From NCBI RefSeq assembly GCF_024298765.1, contig NZ_CP101210.1: 64,000 nt of DNA; one strand, 5' to 3'. This DNA comes from Escherichia coli. Its GTDB lineage: Bacteria; Pseudomonadota; Gammaproteobacteria; Enterobacterales; Enterobacteriaceae. The notes under the pieces are model-generated. The model saw nothing but the letters and a program-made list of their open reading frames with translations. It was not told the DNA's origin and did no database searches. Made by a program: the position numbers and the translations under genes. This document shows positions 8,576 through 19,136 of this stretch, one piece after another (position 1 is the first letter of the stretch; every line of letters begins with the position of its first letter).

Positions 8576-10403
8576 ATTTGAGCTTAAGGCGTTGATCACC
8601 GGTGTCGACAGGCTTTCTCCCGCGCTGTCGAAAATGCAAAAGAAAATACGGGGATTTAAACGCCAGGCGGAAGAAGCGTCACAGGGTGGGCTGGCGCTTT
8701 GTGGCGGACTGGCAGCGGGTCTGACGCTTTCCCTGAAATCTTATGCCGATCAGGAAAACGCCGCCACCGGGCTGAAAGTCGCCATGATGGATGCGAATGG
8801 CGAGGTTGGAAAGCGCTTTCAGGACATCAATAAACTGGCTATTGGCCTGGGTAACCAGCTTCCCGGTACAACGGCTGATTTCCAGAACATGATGCAGATG
8901 CTGGTGCGTCAGGGGATCCCGGCAGAAAACATTCTTGGCGGTGTGGGTAAAGCGACAGCTTATCTTGCGGTACAACTGAAAAAAACACCGGAAGCGGCTG
9001 CTGAGTTTGCTGCAAAGATGCAGGATGCTACCGGAACGGCGTCAGAAGACATGATGGGGCTGTTCGACACTATCCAGAAGGCGTTTTATCTGGGCGTTGA
9101 CGATACCAACATGTTGTCCTTCTTCACTAAAACCAGTTCTGTTCTGAAGATGGTGAACAAGGACGGTCTTCAGGCTGCACAGAGCCTTGCCCCCATCAGC
9201 GTCATGATGGATCAGATGGGGATGAACGGGGAGTCGGCAGGTAATGCCCTGCGAAAAGTTATCCAGTCCGGATTAAGCGTTAAGAAAATCAGGGACGTCA
9301 ATAAAATCATGGCCCGCCAGAAACTCGGGGTACAGCTCGATTTTACTGACGGCAAAGGAAGTTTTGGCGGTCTTGATAACATGTTCAGGCAACTGGCAAA
9401 GCTGCGAAAACTGACCGACGTTAAGCGAACAGGTGTACTTAAGGCAATATTTGGTGATGATGCCGAAACCCTTCAGGTGGTCAATGCACTAATCGATAAA
9501 GGAAAGGATGGCTACGATCAGATCCAGCAGAAGATGAATAAACAGGCCAGCCTGAATAAACGTGTTCAGGCCCAGCTTGGTACGCTGTCCAACCTGTGGG
9601 AGGCAATGACGGGGACCGCAACTAACGGCCTTGCGGCTATTGGCGGCGCATTTTCTGGTGACGCCAAAAATATCACGCAATGGCTGGGGGAGTTGGGGGA
9701 AAAATTCACGAAGTTTGCGGATGAAAATCCCCGGGTTATTCGCGGCGTCGTCGGGCTTGCTGCCGGTCTTGCGATTCTGAAACTGGGATTGATGGGCGTT
9801 GGCAGTGCCATCAGTATTGTCAGCAGGCTCATGTCGATGACGCCGATTGGCATGATTGCGACGGCGATAGCCCTGGCTGCGGGATTAATTATCACTAACT
9901 GGGATGTTGTCGGACCTTATTTTAAGAAACTCTGGGAAACCATTGGTCCTTATTTTGAGACTGGCTGGGAACTCCTTAAGAAAGTTTTTGCCTGGTCGCC
10001 GCTGGGGATGGTGATCAATAACTGGGGGCCGGTTGTTAAGTGGTTTCAGGATATGTGGGACAAGCTGAAGCCAATTATTGAGTGGTTTACCGACAGTTCC
10101 GGTGACACGGTCGATGCCATTAACTCGGCGCAGTGGGGGGCGGGTGCTTATGATGCTTATGGGACGGGAATACCGGCACGGGGATACACACCTTATCCGG
10201 CGGTAGATCCGGCTCAGTCAAACAACGCCTCCGATGCCACAGGCCCGAATCCCTTCATGATTAACAAAGCTTCTGCGCCAAAAGTTGATGGTGAGATCAA
10301 GGTCTCTTTTGTGAATTCGCCTCCGGGTATGCGGGTTATGGAAACGCGATCCAGCGGTTTTGATGTCAGCCATGATGTTGGCTATACGCGCTTTGGCAGG
10401 TAA
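8568..10403 (+). CDS. Tail tape measure protein
   Basis: 611 aa, with AGGAGA upstream. It has an Ala/Gly-rich helical N-terminal half, a hydrophobic central block (VVGLAAGLAILKLGLMGVGSAISIV...) and W-rich repeats. The position after the chaperone pair fits. Confidence 0.85.
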   Translation: MAEFELKALITGVDRLSPALSKMQKKIRGFKRQAEEASQGGLALCGGLAAGLTLSLKSYADQENAATGLKVAMMDANGEVGKRFQDINKLAIGLGNQLPGTTADFQNMMQMLVRQGIPAENILGGVGKATAYLAVQLKKTPEAAAEFAAKMQDATGTASEDMMGLFDTIQKAFYLGVDDTNMLSFFTKTSSVLKMVNKDGLQAAQSLAPISVMMDQMGMNGESAGNALRKVIQSGLSVKKIRDVNKIMARQKLGVQLDFTDGKGSFGGLDNMFRQLAKLRKLTDVKRTGVLKAIFGDDAETLQVVNALIDKGKDGYDQIQQKMNKQASLNKRVQAQLGTLSNLWEAMTGTATNGLAAIGGAFSGDAKNITQWLGELGEKFTKFADENPRVIRGVVGLAAGLAILKLGLMGVGSAISIVSRLMSMTPIGMIATAIALAAGLIITNWDVVGPYFKKLWETIGPYFETGWELLKKVFAWSPLGMVINNWGPVVKWFQDMWDKLKPIIEWFTDSSGDTVDAINSAQWGAGAYDAYGTGIPARGYTPYPAVDPAQSNNASDATGPNPFMINKASAPKVDGEIKVSFVNSPPGMRVMETRSSGFDVSHDVGYTRFGR

Positions 10404-10426
10404 TGAAAAATTAATCTGTTAATGAG

Positions 10427-10448
10427 TCCCACTCCGGTGGGATTTTTT
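10427..10448 (+). terminator. Short hairpin (TCCCAC/GTGGGA) plus T6 run between the tape measure and baseplate genes
   Basis: Read directly: tcccac tccg gtggga tttttt. It lies inside the N-terminal extension of ORF 10422, which argues for the downstream start. Confidence 0.4.
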
Positions 10449-10463
10449 ATGTACGGAGTTTAT

Positions 10464-11792
10464 ATGACGTGGAAAGACAGACTTCAGGACGCGTCATTTC
10501 GCGGTGTGCCGTTTAAGGTTGAAGAAGAAAGTGCGGGAACCGGTCGTCGTGTGGAAACGCACGAATACCCGAACCGCGACAAACCCTATACCGAAGACCT
10601 GGGGAAAATCACTTTCCGCCCGTCCATCACAGCTTATGTGGTGGGAGATGACTGCTTTGACCAGCGCGATCGCCTGATTGACGCGCTGAATAAACCCGGT
10701 CCCGGCACGCTTGTCCATCCGACTTACGGTGAGCTGAAAGTCTGTGTTGACGGGGAAGTTCGGGTCAGCACATCGAAGAGTGAAGGGCGTATTGTCCGCT
10801 TTGACCTGAAGTTTGTCGAAGCGGGAGAACTCTCTTACCCCACTTCAGGTGCGGCGACGGCGCAGACGCTGATGTCATCCTGTTCTGCACTGGATGACTG
10901 CATCAGTGACAGCTTCAGTGGTTTCAGTATCGATGGCGTGGCAGATTTTGTGCAGAACGACGTCGTCGGTAATGCCGGCACAATGCTGGGGTATGTTTCT
11001 GATGCGATGAAAGTGGTGGATTCTGCCGTATCGGATGCCGCCAGGCTGTTGCAGGGGGATATCTCGGTACTTCTGCCGCCGCCATCGTCAGGCAAAAATT
11101 TCGTTGAGCAGGTGCAGAAAATGTGGCGTACCGGGAAACGCCTTTATGGTAACGCCAGCGACCTGGTCACCATGATCAAAACGCTTTCCGGTGTCAGCCT
11201 CGGCAGCGATCTGCAACCGCGCGGTGTCTGGAAAACGGACAGTAAAACCACCGCCACGGCGACGCAGCAGCGTAACGTGGTTGCCAGCATCCTTCGTACG
11301 ACCGCAATCAGCGAAGCGGCGTATGCCGTCACCCGATTGCCTGCGCCAACAACTTCCGCGGTGATGCAGAATGCCGCAGTGGGGCAGGCAACAACACCCG
11401 CGCAGAGCACTGGCTGGCCTTCCGTCACGCATCCGGCACTGAACAATGCACCGGCGGTGAAAAACACGGTTGACCTGCCGACGTGGGAAGAACTGACTGA
11501 CATTCGCGACACACTGAATACGGCAATTGATAAGGAGTTGTCCCGTACAACCAGTGATGCGCTGTTTCTGGCGCTGCGCCGGGTGAAAGCAGATCTGAAT
11601 GCGGATATCAACACGCGCCTTGAACAGTCTGCACGGATCATTCAGCGCACGCCGGATGAGGTTTTACCCGCGCTGGTGCTGGCGGCGACCTGGTTTGATA
11701 ACGCGGCGCGTGACGCGGACATTATCCGGCGTAATGCCATTACACATCCCGGCTTTGTGCCGGTGATCCCTCTGAAGGTGCCAGTGCAATGA
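10464..11792 (+). CDS. DNA circularisation protein N-like tail/baseplate protein (Mu gpN-like)
   Basis: Lies in ORF 10422..11792. I prefer ATG 10464 (GGAG upstream). The N-terminus MTWKDRLQDASFRGVPFKVEEES..GRRVETHEYPNRDKPYTEDLGK matches the remembered Mu N family signature. Confidence 0.7.
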   Translation: MTWKDRLQDASFRGVPFKVEEESAGTGRRVETHEYPNRDKPYTEDLGKITFRPSITAYVVGDDCFDQRDRLIDALNKPGPGTLVHPTYGELKVCVDGEVRVSTSKSEGRIVRFDLKFVEAGELSYPTSGAATAQTLMSSCSALDDCISDSFSGFSIDGVADFVQNDVVGNAGTMLGYVSDAMKVVDSAVSDAARLLQGDISVLLPPPSSGKNFVEQVQKMWRTGKRLYGNASDLVTMIKTLSGVSLGSDLQPRGVWKTDSKTTATATQQRNVVASILRTTAISEAAYAVTRLPAPTTSAVMQNAAVGQATTPAQSTGWPSVTHPALNNAPAVKNTVDLPTWEELTDIRDTLNTAIDKELSRTTSDALFLALRRVKADLNADINTRLEQSARIIQRTPDEVLPALVLAATWFDNAARDADIIRRNAITHPGFVPVIPLKVPVQ

Positions 11793-12868
11793 ACGACAAT
11801 GTCACGCTACGGGTAAATGGCCGGGAGTGGAATGGCTGGACATCGGTGCGCATCGGTGCCGGTATTGAACGGCTGGCGCGGGATTTCAGTGTGGAGATCA
11901 CTCGCCAGTGGCCGGGAGATGAGGGTATCACCACGCTTCAGCCGCGCATTAAAAACGGTTCAAAAGTGGAAGTGCTGATTGGTGATGAGCTGGTGATCAC
12001 CGGCTGGGTGGAGGCGACTCCCGTTCGTTACGATGCCCGTTCGGTCAGCACCGGTATTGCCGGACGTAGTCTGACGGCTGACCTGATTGACTGTGCAGCC
12101 GAACCGACACAGTTTAACGGACGCTCGCTGGTGCAGATTGCGCAGGCGCTTGCTGCGCCTTTCGGCATTGAGGTGGTGAACAGCGGTGCGCCGTCGGGTG
12201 TTATTCCTGATGTTCAGCCTGATCACGGTGAAACGGTGATTGAGGTGATCAACAAAATACTCGGTCAGCAGCAGGCGCTGGCTTACGACGACCCGCACGG
12301 CAGGCTGGTGATTGGCGGTATTGGCTCAACGCGGGCACATACCGCGCTGGTACTTGGGGAAAACATCCTTTCCTGTGATACGGAGAAGAGTATCCGGGAG
12401 CGGTTTTCTGTTTACCAGGTGGCGGGGCAGCGTGCCGGAAACGACGATGATTTCGGTGAGGCCACCACCACCGCGCTGCGGGCACGCACAGAGGACGCAT
12501 TTATTGCCCGTTACCGTCCGATGTATATCAGGCAGACAGGGCAGGCCACGGGGGCAGGTTGTATTGCGCGTGCTGACTTTGAAGCCCGACAACGGGCGGC
12601 GCGGACGGATGAAACCACCTATGTGGTGCAGGGCTGGCGACAGGGTAACGGTACGCTGTGGCAGCCCAACCAGCGGGTGATTGTCTTCGATCCGGTCTGT
12701 GGTTTCGACAATACCGAACTGCTTGTCTCGGAAGTCACGTTTACTCAGGACCAGAACGGCACCCTGACGGAAATCCGTGTCGGCCCACCTGATGCTTATC
12801 TGCCTGAACCCGAAGCCCCCGGCGCGCGGAAAAAGAAAAAAGCCAGAGTACAGGAGGACCCGTTCTGA
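11789..12868 (+). CDS. Baseplate hub/tail protein (Mu gpP-like, gpD-type)
   Basis: 359 aa, ATGA overlap. The sequence MNDNVTLRVNGREWNGWTSVRI..ERLARDFSVEIT fits, as does synteny N-P-gp45-gp46-gp47-gp48. Confidence 0.7.
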   Translation: MNDNVTLRVNGREWNGWTSVRIGAGIERLARDFSVEITRQWPGDEGITTLQPRIKNGSKVEVLIGDELVITGWVEATPVRYDARSVSTGIAGRSLTADLIDCAAEPTQFNGRSLVQIAQALAAPFGIEVVNSGAPSGVIPDVQPDHGETVIEVINKILGQQQALAYDDPHGRLVIGGIGSTRAHTALVLGENILSCDTEKSIRERFSVYQVAGQRAGNDDDFGEATTTALRARTEDAFIARYRPMYIRQTGQATGAGCIARADFEARQRAARTDETTYVVQGWRQGNGTLWQPNQRVIVFDPVCGFDNTELLVSEVTFTQDQNGTLTEIRVGPPDAYLPEPEAPGARKKKKARVQEDPF

Positions 12869-13416
12869 TGAGGACGATTGAAGCCATGCAGCGACAACTC
12901 CTCGGCCTGATTGGGCGGGCCGTGGTGAAAAGCATCAGTGCCGCCACGAAATGTCAGACCGTGGATGTGTCCCTGATTGCCGGTGAACCCAAAGCCGGGG
13001 TTGAACATCTTGAACCCTACGGTTTTACCGCAAGGGCAAACAGCGGTGCGGAAGCGGTGGTGTTGTTTCCGGATGGCGACCGTTCTCATGCGGTGGTTGT
13101 TACGGTGTCGGACCGGCGCTACCGCCTGAAAGGGCTGCAGACGGGTGAGGTGGCTGTCTATGACGATCAGGGGCAGTCCGTGACGCTGACCCGGGAGGGG
13201 ATCGTGGTGGACGGTGCAGGTAAAACGATCACGTTTCGCAATTCACCTAAAGCACGTTTTGAAATGGACCTGGAAGTGACAGGACAGGTGAAAGACCTGT
13301 GCGACTCCAGCGGCACTACCATGTCAGCGATGCGGCTTGCCTATAACGGGCATCGTCACAGAGAGAACGGTCAGGGCAGTAACACCGACAAACCGGATAA
13401 AGCGATGGAGGCATGA
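12868..13416 (+). CDS. Baseplate assembly protein V / spike (Mu gp45-like)
   Basis: 182 aa. The pattern ...LIGRAVVKSISAATKCQTVDVSLIAGEPKAGVEHLEPYGFTA... is typical of gpV-type spikes. Confidence 0.7.
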   Translation: MRTIEAMQRQLLGLIGRAVVKSISAATKCQTVDVSLIAGEPKAGVEHLEPYGFTARANSGAEAVVLFPDGDRSHAVVVTVSDRRYRLKGLQTGEVAVYDDQGQSVTLTREGIVVDGAGKTITFRNSPKARFEMDLEVTGQVKDLCDSSGTTMSAMRLAYNGHRHRENGQGSNTDKPDKAMEA

Positions 13417-13841
13417 TGGAACTGTGGCTGACGGTGAACGGTAAACGCACCTGCGCCAGCGCACCGCTGGATCCGCTGACCCGCGCCGTGGTGATTTCCC
13501 TGTTTACCTGGCGGCGGGCGGAGCCTGATGACAACGCCGACGTCCCGATGGGATGGTGGGGGGATACCTGGCCTGCGGTACAGAATGACCGTTACGGCTC
13601 CCGACTGTGGCTGCTTCAGCGCAGCAAACTGACCAATCAGCTGGTGCAGACAGTAAGGGGGTATATCCGCGAATGCCTGCAATGGATGATTGATGACGGC
13701 GTGGTGTCCCGTATTGATCTGGATATCCGCCGCACCGGGATTAATGAGCTGGGTAACAGTATCACCCTCTGGCGTCGTGACGGACCGGTAATGATTTCTT
13801 TTGATGATCTGTGGAGTGCGATAACGCATGGCGGACAGTGA
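13413..13841 (+). CDS. Baseplate protein (Mu gp46-like)
   Basis: 142 aa, ATGA overlap. It contains the GP46-type motif ...WRRAEPDD...WWGDTW...GSRLWLL. Confidence 0.6.
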   Translation: MMELWLTVNGKRTCASAPLDPLTRAVVISLFTWRRAEPDDNADVPMGWWGDTWPAVQNDRYGSRLWLLQRSKLTNQLVQTVRGYIRECLQWMIDDGVVSRIDLDIRRTGINELGNSITLWRRDGPVMISFDDLWSAITHGGQ

Positions 13842-14886
13842 ATTTCAGCGCCCGACGCTGGCAGAAAATATCAGTATGCTCCGTAACGATTTATTCGCCA
13901 GGCTGGACGTCAGCGACACGCTCCGGCGCATGGATGAAGACGTGCGGGCAAAGGTGTATGCGGCGGCGCTGCATACGGTTTACGGTTACATCGATTATCT
14001 GGCAATGAACATGCTGCCTGATCTGTGCGATGAGTCCTGGCTGGCGCGACATGCTGCGATGAAACGGTGTCCGCGCAAGGGGGCCACGGCTGCCAGCGGG
14101 TATATGCGCTGGGAAGGTGTCAGCGATGGCCTGAAGGTGACCGCCGGGAGTGTTATTCAGCGCGATGACCTGGTTCAGTACACGGCAACTGCCGATGCAA
14201 CCAGCACTGGTGGTGTCCTGCGTGTGCCGATCACTTGCTCAACTACAGGCGCGGTCGGTAACGCTGACGACGGTACGGCATTAATCCTGGTCACACCGGT
14301 GAATGGTCTGCCGTCTTCCGGTGTGGCTGACACCCTGACAGGCGGATTTGATACTGAAGAGCTGGAAACGTGGCGCGCCCGCGTCATTGAGCGGTATTAC
14401 TGGACGCCTCAGGGCGGGGCTGACGGGGACTATGTCGTCTGGGCTAAAGAAGTGCCCGGCATTACCCGCGCATGGACATACCGACACTGGATGGGAACGG
14501 GGACTGTCGGTGTGATGATTGCCAGCAGTGACCTGATTAATCCCATTCCGGAAGAGTCAACGGAAACGGCGGCAAGACAACATATCGAGCCACTGGCCCC
14601 GGTGGCAGGCTCTGATTTGTATGTATTCAGGCCGGTGGCGCATAAAGTGGATTTTCATATCCGCGTGACGCCGGACACACCGGAAATACGGGCTGCCATC
14701 ACCGCCGAGTTGCGTTCGTTCCTGCTGCGTGATGGTTATCCGCAGGGAGAACTGAAGGTGTCACGTATCAGTGAAGCGATTTCCGGTGCGAACGGGGAAT
14801 ACAGCCATCAGTTGCTTGCACCGGCAGACAATATCGCCATTGCAAAAAATGAACTGGCGGTACTGGGGACGATTTCATGGACGTGA
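13828..14886 (+). CDS. Baseplate wedge protein, J-like (Mu gp47-like)
   Basis: 352 aa, with the size and position of baseplate J proteins. Confidence 0.7.
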   Translation: MADSEFQRPTLAENISMLRNDLFARLDVSDTLRRMDEDVRAKVYAAALHTVYGYIDYLAMNMLPDLCDESWLARHAAMKRCPRKGATAASGYMRWEGVSDGLKVTAGSVIQRDDLVQYTATADATSTGGVLRVPITCSTTGAVGNADDGTALILVTPVNGLPSSGVADTLTGGFDTEELETWRARVIERYYWTPQGGADGDYVVWAKEVPGITRAWTYRHWMGTGTVGVMIASSDLINPIPEESTETAARQHIEPLAPVAGSDLYVFRPVAHKVDFHIRVTPDTPEIRAAITAELRSFLLRDGYPQGELKVSRISEAISGANGEYSHQLLAPADNIAIAKNELAVLGTISWT

Positions 14887-15461
14887 CAAACGATGATTAC
14901 ATCCGTCTGTTGTCGGCACTGTTGCCCCCCGGTCCGGCGTGGTCAGCCAGCGATCCGGCGATTGCCGGTGCGGCACCGTCATTAACCCGCGTTCATCAGC
15001 GTGCGGATGCCCTGATGCGGGAGCTGGATCCGCGCACTACCACTGAACTGATAAACCGCTGGGAGCGTCTGTGCGGTCTGCCGGATGAATGTATTCCCGC
15101 AGGGACACAGACCCTTCGCCAGCGTCAGCAACGGCTGGATGCGAAGGTTAACCTGTCGGGTGGCATCAACGAGGATTTTTATCTTGCACAGCTTGCTGCC
15201 CTGGGCAGACCAGATGCCACCATCACGCGATACGACAAAAGCACGTTCACCTGCTCATCGGCCTGTACTGACGCTGTGAACGCGCCTGAATGGCGGTATT
15301 ACTGGCAGGTCAACATGCCAGCCGCCACCAACACCACCTGGATGACATGTGGCGATCCCTGTGATTCCGCACTGCGTATCTGGGGCGACACCGTTGTCGA
15401 GTGTGTGCTTAACAAACTCTGCCCGTCGCATACCTACGTAATTTTTAAATATCCGGAGTAA
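14877..15461 (+). CDS. Baseplate/tail protein (Mu gp48-like, P2 I-like)
   Basis: 194 aa. The N-terminal [16 protein letters not shown] motif is typical of this family, and the gene directly precedes the tail fibre. Confidence 0.65.
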   Translation: MDVTNDDYIRLLSALLPPGPAWSASDPAIAGAAPSLTRVHQRADALMRELDPRTTTELINRWERLCGLPDECIPAGTQTLRQRQQRLDAKVNLSGGINEDFYLAQLAALGRPDATITRYDKSTFTCSSACTDAVNAPEWRYYWQVNMPAATNTTWMTCGDPCDSALRIWGDTVVECVLNKLCPSHTYVIFKYPE

Positions 15462-15464
15462 TCC

Positions 15465-16115
15465 ATGCATCGTATAGACACGAAAACCGCGCAGAAGGAT
15501 AAGTTCGGCGCGGGTAAGAACGGTTTTACCCGTGGTAACCCCCAGACCGGCACGCCTGCCACCGATCTGGATGATGACTACTTTGACATGTTGCAGGAGG
15601 AGCTTTGCAGCGTTGTGGAGGCGTCCGGTGCCAGCCTGGAGAAGGGGCGGCACGACCAGCTGCTTACCGCGCTTCGTGCGCTGCTGTTAAGCCGCAAGAA
15701 TCCGTTTGGTGATATCAAATCGGATGGCACGGTGAAAACGGCTCTCGAAAACCTTGGTTTGGGAGAAGCGGCGAAAAGGGATGTGGGCACAGGAGAAAAT
15801 CAGATACCGGATATGTCAGCCTGGAAAAGAAATCCGAGTTCTAATCGCTGGAGAAAATTGCCTGATGGAACCATCATTCAAATGGGAATATCAGCATCAG
15901 GGCCATTAGGCTCACCTGTAAATATCACCCTGCCGATATCTTTCAGCAATACCAATTATTGTGTTGTTGCATCGTACGATAATGCACGGTCAGGTGTGTC
16001 AACAATGGTTAGTTTTGCAGCGTTACCTGTTTCACCATCGCAATTTTCCCTGATGTCATCTGTGACTGAGCAAGGAATAAATCCTTTTGCTTACTGGATT
16101 GCTTTTGGAGATTAA
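15465..16115 (+). CDS. Tail fibre protein as assembled in the current orientation: constant N-terminus 15465-15755 plus variable receptor-binding part
   Basis: 216 aa. The conserved fibre N-terminus is [47 protein letters not shown].... The invertase crossover site lies in-frame at 15742-15767. The distal part is visibly lower in GC. Confidence 0.75.
   Translation: MHRIDTKTAQKDKFGAGKNGFTRGNPQTGTPATDLDDDYFDMLQEELCSVVEASGASLEKGRHDQLLTALRALLLSRKNPFGDIKSDGTVKTALENLGLGEAAKRDVGTGENQIPDMSAWKRNPSSNRWRKLPDGTIIQMGISASGPLGSPVNITLPISFSNTNYCVVASYDNARSGVSTMVSFAALPVSPSQFSLMSSVTEQGINPFAYWIAFGD
15742..15767 (+). promoter_or_regulatory. Left invertase crossover site (pix/gix-like), inside the tail fibre gene
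   Basis: The site reads ctctcgaaaacc tt ggtttgggagaa. Its reverse complement, ttctcccaaacc aa ggttttcgagag, shares the first 14 nt with the right site. Confidence 0.8.
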
Positions 16116-16118
16116 TAA

Positions 16119-16538
16119 ATGGATAGATACTTCTATTCACAAAAAGAAAATGGTTTTTTTACCGATTTAAATAAAGCACCTTCAGATGCTGTTGAGATAA
16201 CCACGGATGAATGGCTGTTACTACTGGATGGTCAGGATAATGGCATGAAAATAGTCAGCAATCAGGAGGGATATCCGGTTTTGACAGAGCAACCACCTTT
16301 ATCAAAAGAAAACCTTATTGCATTGGCGGATTTGAAAAAAAGAAAACTTATTAATGAAGCCAACGAGCACATGAACAGCAGACAATGGCCAGGTAAAGCG
16401 GCGATTGGTCGCCTGAAAGGTGAGGAACTGGCGCAATATAATTTGTGGCTGGATTATCTGGACGCACTGGAACTGGTCGATACTTCCGGTGCGCCAGATA
16501 TTGAATGGCCTACGCCTCCGGCAGTTCAGGCCAGATGA
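16119..16538 (+). CDS. Tail fibre assembly chaperone (for the currently expressed fibre)
   Basis: 139 aa, directly after the fibre gene. It has the C-terminal motif LWLDYLDALELVDTSGAPDIEWP typical of Tfa/U proteins. Confidence 0.7.
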   Translation: MDRYFYSQKENGFFTDLNKAPSDAVEITTDEWLLLLDGQDNGMKIVSNQEGYPVLTEQPPLSKENLIALADLKKRKLINEANEHMNSRQWPGKAAIGRLKGEELAQYNLWLDYLDALELVDTSGAPDIEWPTPPAVQAR

Positions 16539-17115
16539 CGTCCGGCGCGGTGCTGGTATCTGTTGCCGTCACCGCGTCAATGTAATCCAGCACAGCGTTA
16601 AGTCGGGTGTTTTCTGTCTGCATCAGCTTCCGCCCGGCCTGCAATTTCAGTTGAATCAGACTAATGGAAGCCATTGCAGTATCAATCAGTGACTGACGCT
16701 GTGCTTCTGCCGCGTCTACTGCGGCGCTATGCTGTGCCTCAGTATCGGTCACCCATTTCTCACCATCCCATTTATCGTATGGCGTTAATGGGGCGATAGT
16801 GGTTGTATTTTCAGGGTAATCACCCGGAACTGTGATTTCTTTGGTATCTCCCGTTTCGGTACTATAGACAACTTCACCGCGATGGTCTGGCACATATTCC
16901 CATGAATTTAAATCTACAGAGCGACAGATTGCATAACCAGCTTTATGTGTACCTGGTGCATCCAAACAGGAACATGCCGGGATACCGACGCCGACAGCGA
17001 GATATTCAGTTGATGTAGAAATATATTCCCGCGTTTCACCATCATAATTATAAACGGTAATATCTCCCGCTTTTATGGCAATGAGTTCGCTATTTAATAC
17101 AGCTTTATTCATCAT
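16510..17115 (-). CDS. Tail fibre assembly chaperone (alternative, TfaE-like)
   Basis: 201 aa, resembling the e14/Mu-type Tfa as I remember it (MNKAVLNSELIAIKAGDITVYNYDGETREYI...). ATGA overlap with the alternative fibre segment. Confidence 0.75.
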   Translation of the reverse strand: MMNKAVLNSELIAIKAGDITVYNYDGETREYISTSTEYLAVGVGIPACSCLDAPGTHKAGYAICRSVDLNSWEYVPDHRGEVVYSTETGDTKEITVPGDYPENTTTIAPLTPYDKWDGEKWVTDTEAQHSAAVDAAEAQRQSLIDTAMASISLIQLKLQAGRKLMQTENTRLNAVLDYIDAVTATDTSTAPDVIWPELPEA

Positions 17116-17632
17116 GCGGCCCTCACAATATAATTAAAAGCGATGTTACGAGGACGAGTTTCTGTACCTACATTTTCACTAATTTCACCATAACGTTTAA
17201 CACTACGAGAGCTAATAGCTCGTAGTGAGGAAGGCACCTTAAGACCGGGTTCGTCCGTTTTAACTATTCCCCCGTCACCGTATGTAGCCAGTATTCCTGG
17301 GTTTACTCCTTCCCGTGCACTTCCTGCGGCGAGTCCGTCCCCTGTCCATAATTCCATATAGTGTGCATGGTCCAAAATTGTGTGTGGCTGCCAATTAAGC
17401 AAAGCGCGACCAGTATCAATCCCGCGACCGTCATCCCAGCCACGAATAAATTCACCGCGTAAATCAGGCAATTTATTGGTCGGGTAAGCCTTTGCCAGTT
17501 CCGGGTATTCTTCAGCAGAAAAAGCCGCACCGTTGCATTTCAGCCAGCCTGTTGGCGGAGTGGCGGAAGGCCACGGAACAGGCACACCAACGGGTAATGC
17601 CGAACCTTCTCCCAAACCAACGTTTATGAAAA
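17112..17632 (-). CDS. Alternative tail-fibre C-terminal segment, promoterless and startless in this orientation
   Basis: From the crossover site it reads GLGEGSALPVGVPVPWPSATPPTGWLKCNGAAFSAEEYPELAKAYP...LPDLRGEFIRGWDDGRG (collar-type fibre tip as in Mu S / e14 StfE). The frame is continuous with the constant part after inversion. The 5-prime extension of the ORF-track ORF to 17660 lies outside the segment and is not credible. Confidence 0.7.
17607..17632 (+). promoter_or_regulatory. Right invertase crossover site (pix/gix-like)
   Basis: The site reads ttctcccaaacc aa cgtttatgaaaa: two 12-bp half-sites around a 2-bp core, 55 nt upstream of the invertase ATG. Confidence 0.8.
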
Positions 17633-17686
17633 TGCAGAAATAACGAGCAAATGGCATCATTCCTGCTTTTGTCAGGGAGATCTACC

Positions 17687-18241
17687 ATGCTTATTGGCTA
17701 TGTACGTGTGTCAACAAATGACCAGAACACAGATCTACAGCGTAATGCGCTGAACTGTGCAGGATGCGAGCTGATTTTTGAAGACAAGATAAGCGGTACA
17801 AAGTCTGAAAGGCCGGGACTGAAAAAACTGCTCAGGACATTATCGGAAGGTGACACTCTGGTTGTCTGGAAGCTGGATCGGCTGGGGCGTAGTATGCGGC
17901 ATCTGGTCATTCTGGTTGAGGAGTTGCGCGAACGTGGCGTTAATTTTCGCAGCCTGACGGATGCTATTGATACCAGCACACCGATGGGGCGTTTTTTCTT
18001 TCATGTGATGGGTGCCCTAGCTGAAATGGAACGAGAACTGATTGTTGAACGAACAAAAGCTGGACTGGAAGCTGCTCGCGCACAGGGACGAATTGGTGGA
18101 CGTCGTCCCAAACTTACACCAGAACAATGGGCGCAGGCTGGGCGATTAATTGCATCAGGCGTTCCTCGCCAGAAGGTGGCGATCATCTATGATGTTGGTA
18201 TATCGACACTGTATAAGAAGTTTTCGGTCGGAGATAAATGA
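17687..18241 (+). CDS. pin: Serine DNA invertase of the Pin/Gin/Cin/Hin family
   Basis: 184 aa from ATG 17687 (GGGAGA upstream). MLIGYVRVSTNDQNTDLQRNAL... is nearly identical to e14 Pin as I remember it. The catalytic Ser is in VRVSTNDQ, and there is a C-terminal HTH. Confidence 0.9.
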   Translation: MLIGYVRVSTNDQNTDLQRNALNCAGCELIFEDKISGTKSERPGLKKLLRTLSEGDTLVVWKLDRLGRSMRHLVILVEELRERGVNFRSLTDAIDTSTPMGRFFFHVMGALAEMERELIVERTKAGLEAARAQGRIGGRRPKLTPEQWAQAGRLIASGVPRQKVAIIYDVGISTLYKKFSVGDK

Positions 18242-18279
18242 AACCGTAGCACGTCGTATGCAAGATCGTGCTGCGGTTT
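18241..18279. repeat. Hairpin module copy A (13-bp stem, 13-nt loop) between pin and the GIY-YIG gene; probable bidirectional terminator
   Basis: aaaccgtagcacg (18241-18253) pairs with cgtgctgcggttt (18267-18279): 12 Watson-Crick pairs plus one G.T. Homologous to copy B at 19264-19321. Confidence 0.6.
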
Positions 18280-18298
18280 ATGCTTATCACTTAAAGAC

Positions 18299-19136
<838 letters not shown>

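Larger units (their letters stand above)
15742..17632. other. Invertible tail-fibre segment (G/P/C-segment type), ~1.9 kb
   Basis: Bounded by inverted 26-bp crossover sites. It contains two alternative fibre C-termini with their own assembly chaperones in opposite orientations. A Pin-type invertase gene lies immediately outside. Confidence 0.85.

Noticed and set aside
17633-17660. N-terminal extension (MMPFARYFCIFINV) of ORF 17112..17660
   Set aside because: It lies outside the invertible segment in the pin promoter/leader region. The fibre segment has no start of its own and is expressed only after inversion, by fusion to the constant part at 15465.
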